DNA from: Ascoidea asiatica JCM 7603
Taxonomy: Eukaryota; Fungi; Ascomycota
Assembly (NCBI GenBank): GCA_001600695.1
Contig: BCKQ01000001.1
Location: 2,166,768 to 2,230,767 of the forward strand
Length of the DNA: 64,000 bases
Direction of reading: 5' to 3'
In this document: piece after piece, positions 36,161 to 48,247 of the stretch
Numbering within the stretch: the first letter of the stretch is position 1
How the letters are laid out: every line of letters begins with the position of its first letter
Notes under the pieces: generated by a model
What the model was told of the DNA's origin: nothing
The model's input: the letters and a program-made list of their open reading frames with translations, nothing else
Database searches by the model: none
Made by a program: the position numbers and the translations under genes

Positions 36161-37446
36161 TTAAATTTTTGGAGCACCAGTTACTACATCAATTAATGAT
36201 TCTTTAGTATCTAATGGACCGGGTCCAACACTTGTAAGAATAACTCTTGAAACACCATTATTTATTGAAAAATCTAAATCTTCTTCAGATAAAATCAAAG
36301 CATCTTTTTTATTAATTTTTTTTTGAAATTTATCCCAGCCAACAGTTTTATTTAAAATTTTATAAAAAATATTGAGAATTAAATCTTCATTGTCTTCTTC
36401 GTAATAGATGACTGCATTTGGTCCAGCGTCAAATGTATAAGCAGCAATAATTTTTCCTGCAGATTCATTAATTTTATTAACTAATTTTATTATTTTTTTT
36501 GATGTATCATTTAAATAAAAAATTGGTGGATATGTATCAAGACAAGTTGAATGAAAAGAGTTTGAATCTTTCATAGTTAATTCTCCAAATTTTTCAAAAT
36601 CTTTTTCAAGTATTGATTTTTTCATTTCTTCGAAACGTTTTGGCACAACCTCTTTGATTCTATATTGAAAAAGATCAGAAGTTTTAACAGTTAATTGCAT
36701 TCCAGAAGTTGATGAAGTATCTTTTTTATCAGCACTAACAACACAAATTATTGCCTTTATTGTTGGCCAATGTTCAACTGGAGCAATTTCTACTGCTTTT
36801 GAATCCTCTCCATTTTCTTGAGTACCCATTTCCCACGCGACATAACCACCAAATAAAGAACGACAGGCAGAGCCTGAACCTTTTCTTGCTATTTTTGATA
36901 TTTCAGATAATGAATTAGGTAATTGGTAAAGATTAGAAATTGCTTTTACTAAAGCTGATAAACCTGCTGCAGATGAAGCTAAACCTGCAGCGGTTGGAAA
37001 ATTATTTTCGGAAACGATAAGAAGTTTCATTTCAGATAATTTTGGTAATTTTTCATCTTTTTTTTCTAAATCAATTCTCAAATTTTTCAAGTCTGTTAAA
37101 ACTTGAGTCATTCTTGGAGAAATTAATGATTCTTCTTTTCCATTTAAATATAATTTATTTTCAGAATACAGTTTTGAACAAGCGACAGAAGTTAATGTTC
37201 TTAAATCATCTTGAGATAAAGTTACAGATATAGAAGAATTTGTTGGTAAATTTAAATTTTTGTCTCTTTTACCCCAATATTTAAGAGTCTATAAAAACAA
37301 TATGAACAGTGAATTGCTATGTTAGTTTGAATAATTCGATGCAATTGATACTAATTTAATGGGCGCTTAAATTTTAACTTCAGAAATATAAAAGAACTTA
37401 CAGCGATGTTCACTGGGGAAGTAGTTGAAGCAGTATATACAGACAT
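36161..37446 (-). CDS. MVD1: Diphosphomevalonate decarboxylase, 2 exons: complement(join(36161..37288,37402..37446)), 390 aa
   Basis: Spliced N-terminus MSVYTASTTSPVNIA|TLKYWGKRD; motifs NNFPTAAGLASSAAG, RKGSGSACRS and YTFDAGPNA. Intron 37289-37401 has GTAAGT/AACTAAC/TAG. The ORF track gives only a truncated form. Confidence 0.95.
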
Positions 37447-37872
37447 GATTTAATAGTTTTTTATTAAATTCGAATTTAAGAATGAATGTAGATTAGATAA
37501 TATGAAGAAATCGAAAGAATTGATGAAGAATTATTTCTGAAAAATTGAAAACTATGTCGAATATATATGAGAAATCTAAACGACTATCATCGCTCCATCT
37601 TTTCCAAAACATCACTAAAGATGAGGCTAAAATTGTTTCGACGTTCCTCGTATCGAAATATGAAAATCGAAGTATTTCAGCTAATATTTCAGACCTTGAA
37701 ATCAGGGTCTTATACCGTTTAACCCCGTTTTCAGTGCTTCAAGCCTAGGATAACGATAACAGTAATAAATTTATATTCTACAAAGAAATACTCTTGATTA
37801 AAATTATTAATTGTCTGGATAAATGCCAAATGAATGTATATTAAAAAATAATTTATGTGACATTATTTATGC

Positions 37873-40497
37873 TCATGGGCTCCTTATTGCCAGAAGCTTT
37901 CCTTTCAAATGTAAAGGCTTTTTAGGAGCGGGTGGTGGAATCTTTTTTGTTTTTTGTTTTAGCTTGTTTATCTGTGGTTTTTGTGTCTGTTTGATTATAG
38001 GTGAGGAATCTAATGTTTGAGTTTTTACAGAACTATCCGTATATTTTCCATATCCATTAGCAGTTTTAACAAGGGTTTCTTCTTTTTTAGATAAAAGTAA
38101 TGCCATTCTTTCCTGGATAGACAATTCTTGACCATCTTCAGATTCTAATTTTTTTTCAGATTCTGATTTATGTATTGGTAATGGTGAAATTTTAGATTTT
38201 ATTTCATGCTTATTGATAGAGTTTCTTTTTGAGACTGGTGTTTTTCTCTTAATGAAAATATCTTCTTCCGAAGAAGAATCGTCATCTGTATAATTTCCGG
38301 TATTTGCAGGATCATTTAAATAACTAGTAAACCCAGTATTGTTTTTATTGTTATTATTATGACCAAGATCTTCAATTGGAGAAAACTCGGCAACATCATT
38401 AGAAGAATTAGAAATACCAGTTAATAATTTTTCAAGTTTTTTGTATGATTTTATCTTTCTAGAATCAGCTTGATCATCATCTTTGAAATTATTATTTAAA
38501 TTAATTTTTTCTGGAGTGTAAATTTTTTTAAAAGATTCATTAAACCTTTTTGGACTCTCGTAACCTTTTCTTATTGGAGAAAATATATCATTATTAATTT
38601 CATTTTTCAATAATAAAGAATCATCTGTTTGAGTTTCAATACTAACATATTTATTTTTTATAGGTTTTGAAATATTATAATTATTTTCGATTTGATCTAA
38701 AGAAGGAAATTTTGAATTTATATCATTAATAACATCATAATCTTCATCGAATTTATTATCAGATAATTTATAAGAATCCAGATATTTTGAAGATTTTCCA
38801 GTATCTGCTTTAGAGGTAAAAGCAGAAGATTCTTGACTTTTAATTTTCTGAAGTTCTTTGATATCTTCTTTTAAAGAGCGTAAATCATCATCATTTTCAT
38901 CTTTTTTAAAATCATGATTATTACTTTGATCATCATCATTGCCATTACTATTAGTAATAGTACTAAGTCTATTTATAGATTTATAACTTGATTGTGAATG
39001 AGAATGAGAATGAGATATTGTCTTTGATTTATAATCTGATTGATTATTGAAATTTAAAATTTTTGATTTATCTAAATCTGAAAATGGATCTTTTGATTGA
39101 TTTCCAGATTTTTTATTTATTTGAATATTTGGAGTTGATTTATTCACAAAAACTTTATTATTTGATAATGGATAAACTTGAGTTGCATTATTAAGAGAAG
39201 TTGATGATTTTGAGTTTGAGCCAATAGTATTACTATTATTGATATTATTATTATTTATTTGAGTTGAGGAATATATAGGAGCTTGATTATTTAAATTAAT
39301 CGGAACTTGTTGTAAAGGAATTTGTTGAATTGGAATTTGAATTGGTACCTGAGTACTAAGTGGAAATTGTTGGAATGGTAGATTTGACGAAGAATATGGA
39401 GGGATGGAATTCTGAATATTTTGCTGTGGTTGTGGTTGTGGTTGAGATTGATGTATTTGTTGATGATATCTAGATTTTTTTTTTTCTTTTACTTCTATAT
39501 AAGAATTTTTTATGGAAGTAGGTATTGAAATTCCTCTCATAGAAGCAACTTCTTCTAATACTTGATAAATATCAGGTCTTTTTAAAGGATTAGTTTGTAA
39601 TAAAATTGAAATCAGATTTTTTAATCTTGTAGAGTATTCGGGATGAATTGGAAAAGTAAATCTACCTTGTAAAATAGCTAATTCACCTCCAGATTCAAAT
39701 GGAGTTGTATAATAGCATAATTTATAAAGAAATACACCTAAAGCCCAAATATCAGATTTTTCATCAATATAAAAACCTTTTGTAAGATCTATCATTTCTG
39801 GAGCTCTATATTGAGCAGTTGTATGTTGCATGATATCATTTTGCAATAATTTAAATTCTTCTTGATTTTTTGGTGGTCTTAATATACCACAAGTTGAACC
39901 AAAATCACATAACTTATATTCATCATTATTATTAATTAAAACATTTTCAATTTTTATATCTCTATGAATTAAAGGTGGATTTAAAAAATGCATTTGTAAA
40001 ACACCAATTGTAACTTCATACATAATTCTTAAAATTTCATTTTCTTTTAGTCTATTTGTTAATCTTGTATTCATGAAATCAATTAACCCATTTTTTGAAC
40101 AATATTCCATTAATAATAAAACTTCATAACCTTTTGTAGAATCAGTTTCAGAAACTCTTGCAGCATGAGAATCTATATAAGAGACAATATGTGGTTTACC
40201 TTTTAATTTTTTCATTGCATCAACTTCAGCTCTTAAAATATTTAAAAGCATTTTATTTGGTACAACTACTCTTTTTAAACAAAATAAATCATTAGAGAAT
40301 TTCAGATTTGAAGGAGAAATATTTGAATCAGAAGATAAAGATGAAGAAGAAGAAGCAGATGATGACTGAGATATTATATTACAAGTATAAACATGAGCAA
40401 AACCTCCTTCAGATATATATTTCACTATTCTTATTTTATGAGAACCAACAACTAAAGTTGTTCCAGATTGATAAACAGTTGGAGGAGGAGGAGCCAT
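37873..40497 (-). CDS. PRK1: Actin-regulating Ser/Thr kinase (Ark1/Prk1 family)
   Basis: Motifs [27 protein letters not shown] and [11 protein letters not shown], and the C-terminal proline motif [12 protein letters not shown]. Confidence 0.88.
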   Translation of the reverse strand: MAPPPPTVYQSGTTLVVGSHKIRIVKYISEGGFAHVYTCNIISQSSSASSSSSLSSDSNISPSNLKFSNDLFCLKRVVVPNKMLLNILRAEVDAMKKLKGKPHIVSYIDSHAARVSETDSTKGYEVLLLMEYCSKNGLIDFMNTRLTNRLKENEILRIMYEVTIGVLQMHFLNPPLIHRDIKIENVLINNNDEYKLCDFGSTCGILRPPKNQEEFKLLQNDIMQHTTAQYRAPEMIDLTKGFYIDEKSDIWALGVFLYKLCYYTTPFESGGELAILQGRFTFPIHPEYSTRLKNLISILLQTNPLKRPDIYQVLEEVASMRGISIPTSIKNSYIEVKEKKKSRYHQQIHQSQPQPQPQQNIQNSIPPYSSSNLPFQQFPLSTQVPIQIPIQQIPLQQVPINLNNQAPIYSSTQINNNNINNSNTIGSNSKSSTSLNNATQVYPLSNNKVFVNKSTPNIQINKKSGNQSKDPFSDLDKSKILNFNNQSDYKSKTISHSHSHSQSSYKSINRLSTITNSNGNDDDQSNNHDFKKDENDDDLRSLKEDIKELQKIKSQESSAFTSKADTGKSSKYLDSYKLSDNKFDEDYDVINDINSKFPSLDQIENNYNISKPIKNKYVSIETQTDDSLLLKNEINNDIFSPIRKGYESPKRFNESFKKIYTPEKINLNNNFKDDDQADSRKIKSYKKLEKLLTGISNSSNDVAEFSPIEDLGHNNNNKNNTGFTSYLNDPANTGNYTDDDSSSEEDIFIKRKTPVSKRNSINKHEIKSKISPLPIHKSESEKKLESEDGQELSIQERMALLLSKKEETLVKTANGYGKYTDSSVKTQTLDSSPIIKQTQKPQINKLKQKTKKIPPPAPKKPLHLKGKLLAIRSP

Positions 40498-41254
40498 CTT
40501 TTTTTTTTTCTTTCAATTAAATTGTCAATTTAATTGGACAGCTAATTTATTAGATTTTTACTAACTCAATGAATTTATTTGAATTCAACCAGATTCTTTA
40601 CTCGATAATTGAATTTGAGGTTTGTAGTTGGTAATTTTATTGCAGGAAAGAGAAGCACCAAAGTCGACAGAAGTTGAGGCTGCTGAGATTGTCAGACCAA
40701 AAGCCATAATCTTCTGCGCCTATCGATACGTATCCAAGCCCGGAAGTGGGACGTAAACAGTCACATGATTGTGTAGTAAGTCGAGGTTTATGTGCTCGGA
40801 AGTTAAAATATACGGTAATATTACTACAATAGGAAATGTGTGTTCGATCAAATTTAGAATATAAAGTTTTAGGATCCTAAAATGTTTCTTTATTAATTCA
40901 AAATCCTGTTAAACCATTCATTATATGAGTTTTTTTTTGAGTTATTAATCAATTTTAATCAATCATCATCCATTGTATTTAATAGGTTTTTGGAAAACAA
41001 AATTAATAGAAATAGAAAATTGATTATTTAATCAAAGAAATGTTTCGTCAATGAGTCTTTTATCAGTACTATTTTATTTTTAGCTACTCCTCAAGTAGTT
41101 TGTTTAATTGGGAGATGAAAAAAGAATTGGTTATCAAATTCAATGGTGTAATATATCAATTTCAAGAAAGGGTGATTTAAAAATTATTTTTTTATTAATC
41201 TTATAATTGAATGTTTTTTGATATATAATATAAACAATAGAATTTCAATTGATT

Positions 41255-41841
41255 TCATTTTTTGATGAAATAACTTTTATCAAGTATATCTTTAGCTTGA
41301 TTTATTTTACTTGCAATATATGCACTACCACCTCTATCAGGATGATTTAATCTAATAATTTGTCTATGTTTCTTTGATAATAATTTTTGATTCATCATTA
41401 CAATTTTTTTATTTGAAATATCTAAAATTTCTAAAGCTTCAATTTCATTCATTTTTTTCTTAAAACCACCTGGTAAAAATTTTATGTTATTTTCATTTCC
41501 TAATTCATTATTTGAAAATATTAATTTAATATTATTTAATCTCGCTATATCAAATTTTGTTAATTTTTTAAATCTATAAATTGATTTAACTCCTGCTCTT
41601 ACCTTTTGAAATTTTATTTTTATTTTGTTAGAATCTAATTGAGTAAAATTAAAGTGAATTGATAATGATTATTATTATGATTAATTTGAATATTACTTAC
41701 AGTTAATGTGGCAAAAGTTACACCGATACCTATTATTATCGGAAGAACCTATAGAAATTGGTATAAATTATTTAAATTCTAGTTAGTTTTCTATTCTCTT
41801 TGTTTTCTTGAGATAAAATATATTATTATTTATCATACCAT
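41255..41841 (-). CDS. MDJ2: Mitochondrial inner-membrane J-protein, 3 exons: complement(join(41255..41602,41701..41748,41839..41841)), 132 aa
   Basis: Spliced M|VLPIIIGIGVTFATLT|VRAGVKS...GGFKKKMNEIEALEIL...NHPDRGGS. Introns: 41749-41838 (GTATGA/AACTAAC/TAG) and 41603-41700 (GTAAGT/TTCTAAC/AAG). Confidence 0.9.
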
Positions 41842-42170
41842 TAATATATATGAATATGAATATATCAGTTTAATAAACTATTTTTTTCTATGAAATTATA
41901 TAAATCATTTAAATCAATTCATTTATTCTAGGTTGATTTAATTTAAATTATATGATGATCGAATCAAAACTCGGTTCGAAAAATACTAAATTTACTATTA
42001 ATAAATAAAGCAATATTGGTGATCCGAAATTAAAGCTGCTGCTTACTTAACGGTATCTTTTACTACTATAGTCACAGTATTATTACAGTATTATTACAGT
42101 AATATATTAAATTATGCTGATGAATATTATTTATTGAATTAAGTATCTAAATAAATAAATAAATAATTGA

Positions 42171-43202
42171 TTAGACAAATCTCATATTTGCTAATCTTGA
42201 TTGAATTCTTTTATCTTCAACAATTCTATTATATATATGTTCATTAATTGGAAAATTTAAACCATTATTTTTTCTTGAATAATTTTCAATTGGAAATATC
42301 CATTCAAACCAATTTTCTCCCATAATTTCTTTAAAATTTTCTTTTTTACCTAAATCAAAAATATTTAAAAGTTTTTTATTTTTATTTAATTCATACATTT
42401 CAATTGTTGTTCTATTTTTTAATAATTGATAAATTGTAAAAACATTAAAAATAGTAACAGTTATGAAAAAAATAAAACTTATAATTAATAAAAATAAAAA
42501 ATTTAAATTAAAATAATCTTTTTTATAATCTTCTTTAAATAAAAAATCAAATAATATTGAAGAAGTTAAAAAAAAACAAAAAATTGTAAAAATTGCAATA
42601 TATGATAATAATTGAATAAAAAATTTATAATTTTTAAAACCAATACAACATGCAAACCATGGACAATGATGATCCATTTTTAATATACATTTTTTACAAC
42701 CTGAACAATGATGACATCTATCTGGTTTCCAAACTTTACATAAATCACAAAATCTAAAAGCAGTTAAGCTATTATTATTGTTATTGTTGTTATTGTTGTT
42801 ATTATTAATATTAATATTAAAAGTATGAAATTTTAAAAAACTTGGAGGTGGTTTTATTGAACCATTTTCTAAACCAGATGTAATTAATTCTTTTGATAAA
42901 TTTCCAATTGATAAATCACCAATTGAATTTAATAAAGGATCATATTCATTATTTGAATTATTTGAATCAATTTGAATTTTTAAATTTGGAAAATCTATTG
43001 GTGAACCAGGTCCATTTTTTATAATTAAATAATATGATAATAAACACATTGAACCAAGATAAAATCCAATAAAAAATGTTAAATATTTTATTATTCCATG
43101 AAGTAATTTTATTGATATAAGATAACAAGAAGTATACATTGCCCAAATTATCAATGAATTACAAAAAACTTTTGGAAATAAAGAAGTAAACTTATCCAAC
43201 AT
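42171..43202 (-). CDS. PFA3: DHHC palmitoyltransferase
   Basis: Motifs FPKVFC, GPGSP, CKVWKPDRCHHCSGC..CILKMDHHCPWF and NRTTIE. Confidence 0.88.
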   Translation of the reverse strand: MLDKFTSLFPKVFCNSLIIWAMYTSCYLISIKLLHGIIKYLTFFIGFYLGSMCLLSYYLIIKNGPGSPIDFPNLKIQIDSNNSNNEYDPLLNSIGDLSIGNLSKELITSGLENGSIKPPPSFLKFHTFNININNNNNNNNNNNNSLTAFRFCDLCKVWKPDRCHHCSGCKKCILKMDHHCPWFACCIGFKNYKFFIQLLSYIAIFTIFCFFLTSSILFDFLFKEDYKKDYFNLNFLFLLIISFIFFITVTIFNVFTIYQLLKNRTTIEMYELNKNKKLLNIFDLGKKENFKEIMGENWFEWIFPIENYSRKNNGLNFPINEHIYNRIVEDKRIQSRLANMRFV

Positions 43203-43846
43203 GATTGATTATATCTTTAAGCTTATTTATATTTAAATTTATATTTAAATTTATATTTTAATTTATTTATTACGTAGATTATATGATTATATGATAATAT
43301 GATAATATTTTGTCATTTCAATATTCATTCCTTTCTATTATTTACTCTCAGATCCTAATTTCAATTAATCTTATCCAAACTCAGTCTTGTAATAATATTT
43401 CTTATCTCTCTCTTTCTCTTTCTCTCTTTCTTTCTCTGTTCAAAATAACCTCTTGTTTATCAATTTCAAATTCAATCTCAATTTCCTTGTTTCATTCCTT
43501 TTTTTCACTTTCAATCGGGTTTTGGGTTGGAAATAAATACGCCACACTTGTCACTTCTATTTGCCACTAATACTCAGCCATGCATAAAATCCTTCTTTTT
43601 TAGATAAATCCGGAAACATCAAAACTAAATCCATGCTCGGAGCCACGGATGGCCTTCAGTTATATTTATTCAGTTATTTGATAATTAATAATTAATATAT
43701 TTATTTATATTTATATTTAGCATAATGGTTTTCGTATTTTGTATTTTGTATTTTGTATTTTACATAAGAAATAAATGCAAACTTTGCAAATTCAGCAAAA
43801 TTTGTTGAGAAAAAAAATAATAATCTACAATATCACAATATAAGAT

Positions 43847-46564
43847 TTATATTGAATCTGCTTCTGGTGTAGAAGAAGTATATCCAGAACTACTTTCACT
43901 ACTATATTCTTCCATAATATCTAAAACAAAATCCATACCTTCTTCAATATTTTCATTAAAAACTTCTGTAACAATATCTGATTTTTCACTTTTTATAACT
44001 CTACCAAATTTCTTTCTAAGTTTTTTATTACCATTATGATTTGAATTATTCCCATTTGTTGTTGAATCTTCAAAAACTGGATGTTTATTAGATATAAAAA
44101 CTAATGAATTTTTATAAAACCAATCTGTTAAATTTTCATCAACTATTGGCATTATTGTTTTTATATTATGATTTGAACTTAAAAAATTAATTGAACAACA
44201 TTTTTCAATCTTACCACTTTCAATAAAATTTGAATTATGTATTTGAGAATTAGAATTAGAATTAGAATTAGAATTAAAATTAGAATTAAAATTAGAATTT
44301 GAATTGAAACCAGAAGAACTTAAATTAGAATTTGAATTTGAATTTTTATTAATATTATTCGCCTGTAATATTGATGTATTAATAACTTGTCTATGACCTA
44401 ATAAATGTATTATACCTGCATATGATTCTCCAATACCAAAAAACATTAAATTTTTTAAATTTTTAAAAAATTTTAAATAATTATCCCAAATATAAAGTAA
44501 AAGTTCTTGAGAATAAAGTACATTATTATATCCTTCATTACTATTAATAATTTTACCTTGCGAAACAATTGATGTTGTTGGTATACAAATATCAATTAAT
44601 CCATATGATTTTTCTTTTATAACCCAATGATATAATTTATTTAATGGATTAACAATAACTGATGTTGATAATTCAATTTTACCTGAATTTGGTTCAATTG
44701 ATCCCCAAACTTCTGAAGGATCATGAACACATAATACAATTGTTTCTGATTTAAATATATCTGAAGTTGCTAAAATTTGATCTTCAAATTTAACTTGTGA
44801 TAAAACATTAAATGTTGTTGAACTTGAAACTGTATTATTATATGATGTTTCAAATTTTAAATCATTAAATAATATTGGTAAATTTATTAATCCATATAAT
44901 TTAATTAATTTTTGTGTTTGATTATTTCTTACTGCATCTTGAAGATTTGAATAAATTATTGTTGAGTTTATAATTGATTCATCATTATTTTCTTCTTCAT
45001 TTTCTTCTTCCATTTTTGTATCCATTATTTTCTCACTACTACTATTATCACTATTATTAGTACTTATACCCTTTATATCACTATTTTTTTCTTTTTTAAT
45101 ACTATTATTATGATTATTATTTGAAATTGATAAATTTTGAAATTTTGGTATATCTTTTATAGTATCATTAAGTAAACAAAATCCAGGTTCCATTGATTTC
45201 CAATATTTTGATTGTTGTTTAATAACTTTATAAATAGTTTCAACAACTTCACTACATGGAACTGTTGTTTTTAATAAATCTGGTGGTTCTCCAATTAAAG
45301 CTTTTGTTACAGCTAAAGCACTTACACTTATACTATCAAGATTATAACCACCTTCTAAAGCAATACAAATATTACCTTTTGCTAAAGTTTTTAAAAATGT
45401 AGTCATATGACCATAACAACCTGGAGTTATATGACATTGACCAATTGCATCACCATCAGCAGCATCAAAACCAGAAGAAACAAGTATTAAATCTGCATCA
45501 TATTCTAATAATATTGGTAAAATAACTTTATTAAAAGCATAAATATAATCACCATCATTAATACCAGGCATTGACCAAGGTATATTAACATTAAAACCTT
45601 CACCTAAACCTTGACCACATTGATCATAATCACCAGCTTTTGTACCAGGATAATATTTACCAGATTCATATCTATGTAAAGAAATATAGAGTACATTTGG
45701 ATTATCATAAAAACATTTTTGTGTACCATTACCATGATGAACATCCCAATCAATAATTGCAATTTTTCTAACAGAATCTGGATAATTTTTTAAAATATTT
45801 TTCGCAGCAACTCCAACATTTGAAAAAAGACAAAACCCACCTGGAGAATCAGGTTCTGCATGATGACCAGGTGGTCTAACAATTGCAATTGCATTTTTAA
45901 CTTTACCTTCAACAACAGCTTTACAAGCTTCAATCACACCACCACAAGATAATTTTGCACAAATATAAGAATCATTATTAAAATAAACAGAATCACCTTT
46001 TTCAGTTTCTTTTAATAAATTTTCTTTATTCATAAATTCAGTTGATTTTATAAAATTTAAATGATCTTTTGAATGAACTAATAAAATTTCTTCATCAGTT
46101 GCAAGTCTTATAGGAATTTTAGTCATTAAATTACCAAAATTTTTTGAATTACCAGATAAAGATTTATCAGTAATTAAACCATTTTCAACTAAAATTTTAT
46201 AAATTCTATAAATTCTTCTTGGATCTTCAGGATGTGGATCAATATATTCATAATATGAAGTAAATAATTTTGCATGATATCTCATTCTTACATCATAACA
46301 AAATCCAGTTTTTAATAATTTATAACCCATTAATAATTGATTTTTATAAGAAATATCATCATGAATTATAATATCACTAGAATCTAAATTAATTTTATTA
46401 TCATTTTTAGCATCAATATCATCAATATCATTAATATCATTGATATCATTGATATCAATTTTATTAGATTTGATAAAATCAGCTAGTTTTCTTTTTTTTT
46501 CTAATTTATGCTCATCGTTCATTATTATATCATCCGATACTAATTTAATATTTTTTTCAGACAT
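43847..46564 (-). CDS. HDA1: Class II histone deacetylase
   Basis: Motifs DPHPEDPRRIYRIY, RPPGHHAEP, DWDVHHGNGTQ, SSGFDAADGD and LEGGYNL, plus an Arb2-like C-terminus (KLRKKFGRV). Confidence 0.95.
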   Translation of the reverse strand: MSEKNIKLVSDDIIMNDEHKLEKKRKLADFIKSNKIDINDINDINDIDDIDAKNDNKINLDSSDIIIHDDISYKNQLLMGYKLLKTGFCYDVRMRYHAKLFTSYYEYIDPHPEDPRRIYRIYKILVENGLITDKSLSGNSKNFGNLMTKIPIRLATDEEILLVHSKDHLNFIKSTEFMNKENLLKETEKGDSVYFNNDSYICAKLSCGGVIEACKAVVEGKVKNAIAIVRPPGHHAEPDSPGGFCLFSNVGVAAKNILKNYPDSVRKIAIIDWDVHHGNGTQKCFYDNPNVLYISLHRYESGKYYPGTKAGDYDQCGQGLGEGFNVNIPWSMPGINDGDYIYAFNKVILPILLEYDADLILVSSGFDAADGDAIGQCHITPGCYGHMTTFLKTLAKGNICIALEGGYNLDSISVSALAVTKALIGEPPDLLKTTVPCSEVVETIYKVIKQQSKYWKSMEPGFCLLNDTIKDIPKFQNLSISNNNHNNSIKKEKNSDIKGISTNNSDNSSSEKIMDTKMEEENEEENNDESIINSTIIYSNLQDAVRNNQTQKLIKLYGLINLPILFNDLKFETSYNNTVSSSTTFNVLSQVKFEDQILATSDIFKSETIVLCVHDPSEVWGSIEPNSGKIELSTSVIVNPLNKLYHWVIKEKSYGLIDICIPTTSIVSQGKIINSNEGYNNVLYSQELLLYIWDNYLKFFKNLKNLMFFGIGESYAGIIHLLGHRQVINTSILQANNINKNSNSNSNLSSSGFNSNSNFNSNFNSNSNSNSNSQIHNSNFIESGKIEKCCSINFLSSNHNIKTIMPIVDENLTDWFYKNSLVFISNKHPVFEDSTTNGNNSNHNGNKKLRKKFGRVIKSEKSDIVTEVFNENIEEGMDFVLDIMEEYSSESSSGYTSSTPEADSI

Positions 46565-47666
46565 TTTTTTTTTTTATGAAAAAAATTATATTATTATATA
46601 AAGTTATTGAATTTACTTCCTTTTTTTATATTATTCCTTGTTATTTTATTTACAATAATTAAACTCGAATTATCATTGAATTGAAATTGAAATTTTAGTT
46701 TTTTTAGTTTTCAATTTTAGTTTTGATCTTTGTCTTTGTTTTTGTTTTTATATTTATTTTTATTTTTATTTTTATTCTTATTTTTGAAGTAAACTTGTTG
46801 AAAATTGAAATCTGGAAGCTAAAAACTCAAAATTATACAAATATATCTAAAGTGGATAATATCTAAAAGCAAAAGAAAATTTTTAAATAAAAGTTATTTT
46901 AATATTTAAATTGTTTTTGAACAAAAATTGATAAATAATAAAAAGTTCCATTGAAATAAAGAGCGATAAAAATATGAACTTAACTTAGAATTAGGGAAAG
47001 AGTGCAAATACGCTACAGACTACGGTAGTTAAAAACACTATTACGGTAGCCATTATTATCATCATTACTATCACTCGCACGTAGTTTGTTAAATACAGTG
47101 CAATACCAGCACCAAGTAGGGACAGTAACAACAGAAGGGACAGTGATAACAAGAGTAACTAAAATGCCGATTTCCACCCACTCGTTTGGCTTTTGGTGGT
47201 TTTGCACACTTGGAGTGGGCTGGAAAGCGCCGAGAAGTGCTAGCAGGCTTTTGCAGTTGCTGTCCTGGAGAAAACGACACGGTACCCGCATTCTATGCAT
47301 AAAAGTTGCAACTGACATTTCTTGGGAGACCCTCACTTGCCACATTCTGCAAACCGATTCATTTGGAAAACAAAAAAAAAATCCGCGCGTATTAGAATAG
47401 CGCTTTAAAAATGTGTGCAGAACGATTATTTGCGTTACGTTAATGAAAACATCAAATTGAAGGTTGAGCGCAGCGTACATATTAAAACACAAACACACAC
47501 CTAAATGCATACGTTTGATAATGTGTTACTTGAGGTATAAAAAAGTAAAGCTATACAGCGGAATGAATCTAGCTTCCATGAGAATTGGTCTTCTATAAAC
47601 TTCCATGACTGAGGATCCGATATTTACACAACCCTGGAAACCTCTGGGGCACCTGCTGTCTTGTCA

Positions 47667-47738
47667 GCCAAGAATCTCAGTGAGAGCGTGACGCTAAAAA
47701 GCTATGCCAAGCTTTAAGCGGGTTACCCTCCATCCAAG
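47667..47738. promoter_or_regulatory. Clustered Rim101/PacC-like sites upstream of the VCX1-like gene
   Basis: GCCAAG at 47667, TGCCAAG at 47705 and CCAAG at 47734; TATAAATA near 48017. Confidence 0.35.
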
Positions 47739-48247
47739 CCTTGCTTCTCGTATCTGAGACAAAGTGAAACTAGGACTGGGACTAGGACTGACTGGTCGGA
47801 ACTGCGCAGCGTGATAACAACAAACTTTCATAAATAAACAAACTACAGCAAAAACCACAGCAACAGGCGAGATTCGGTGGAGTCTGAGATCATCAAAAGG
47901 TACCACCATTGTGGTACTCAATAATAGTATGGTTAATTTCACCATTCCGGAATCTTCGAAAATGAACACTCAATCCTCGCTTTGATTTTCAGTGAATGTG
48001 ATTGAATTAAAAATAATATAAATATCCCCAGACTTTCTCTTCATATCAGCCAATTCAAAGTTAAACTTCTTTTTTTTTTTTTTATTTTCACTTTTTTATT
48101 ATTTTTTAGTTTAATATTGTCTCATTTAAATTGAATTGAATTGAATCGAATCGATTTTCTTTTGTCTTAACTTTACTTTACTTCCTTTTATTATTATTTT
48201 GTCTTTAAATATTAATTTTTTAAAAATTTATTAACATTATTCATTAA

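Noticed and set aside
47013-47969. Overlapping ORFs of 63-165 aa on both strands
   Set aside because: Codon use is unlike host genes, there are no motifs, and such ORFs are expected by chance in a GC-rich promoter island. The same applies to 52093-52606, 32720-33276, 1787-2002 and 22348-22545.
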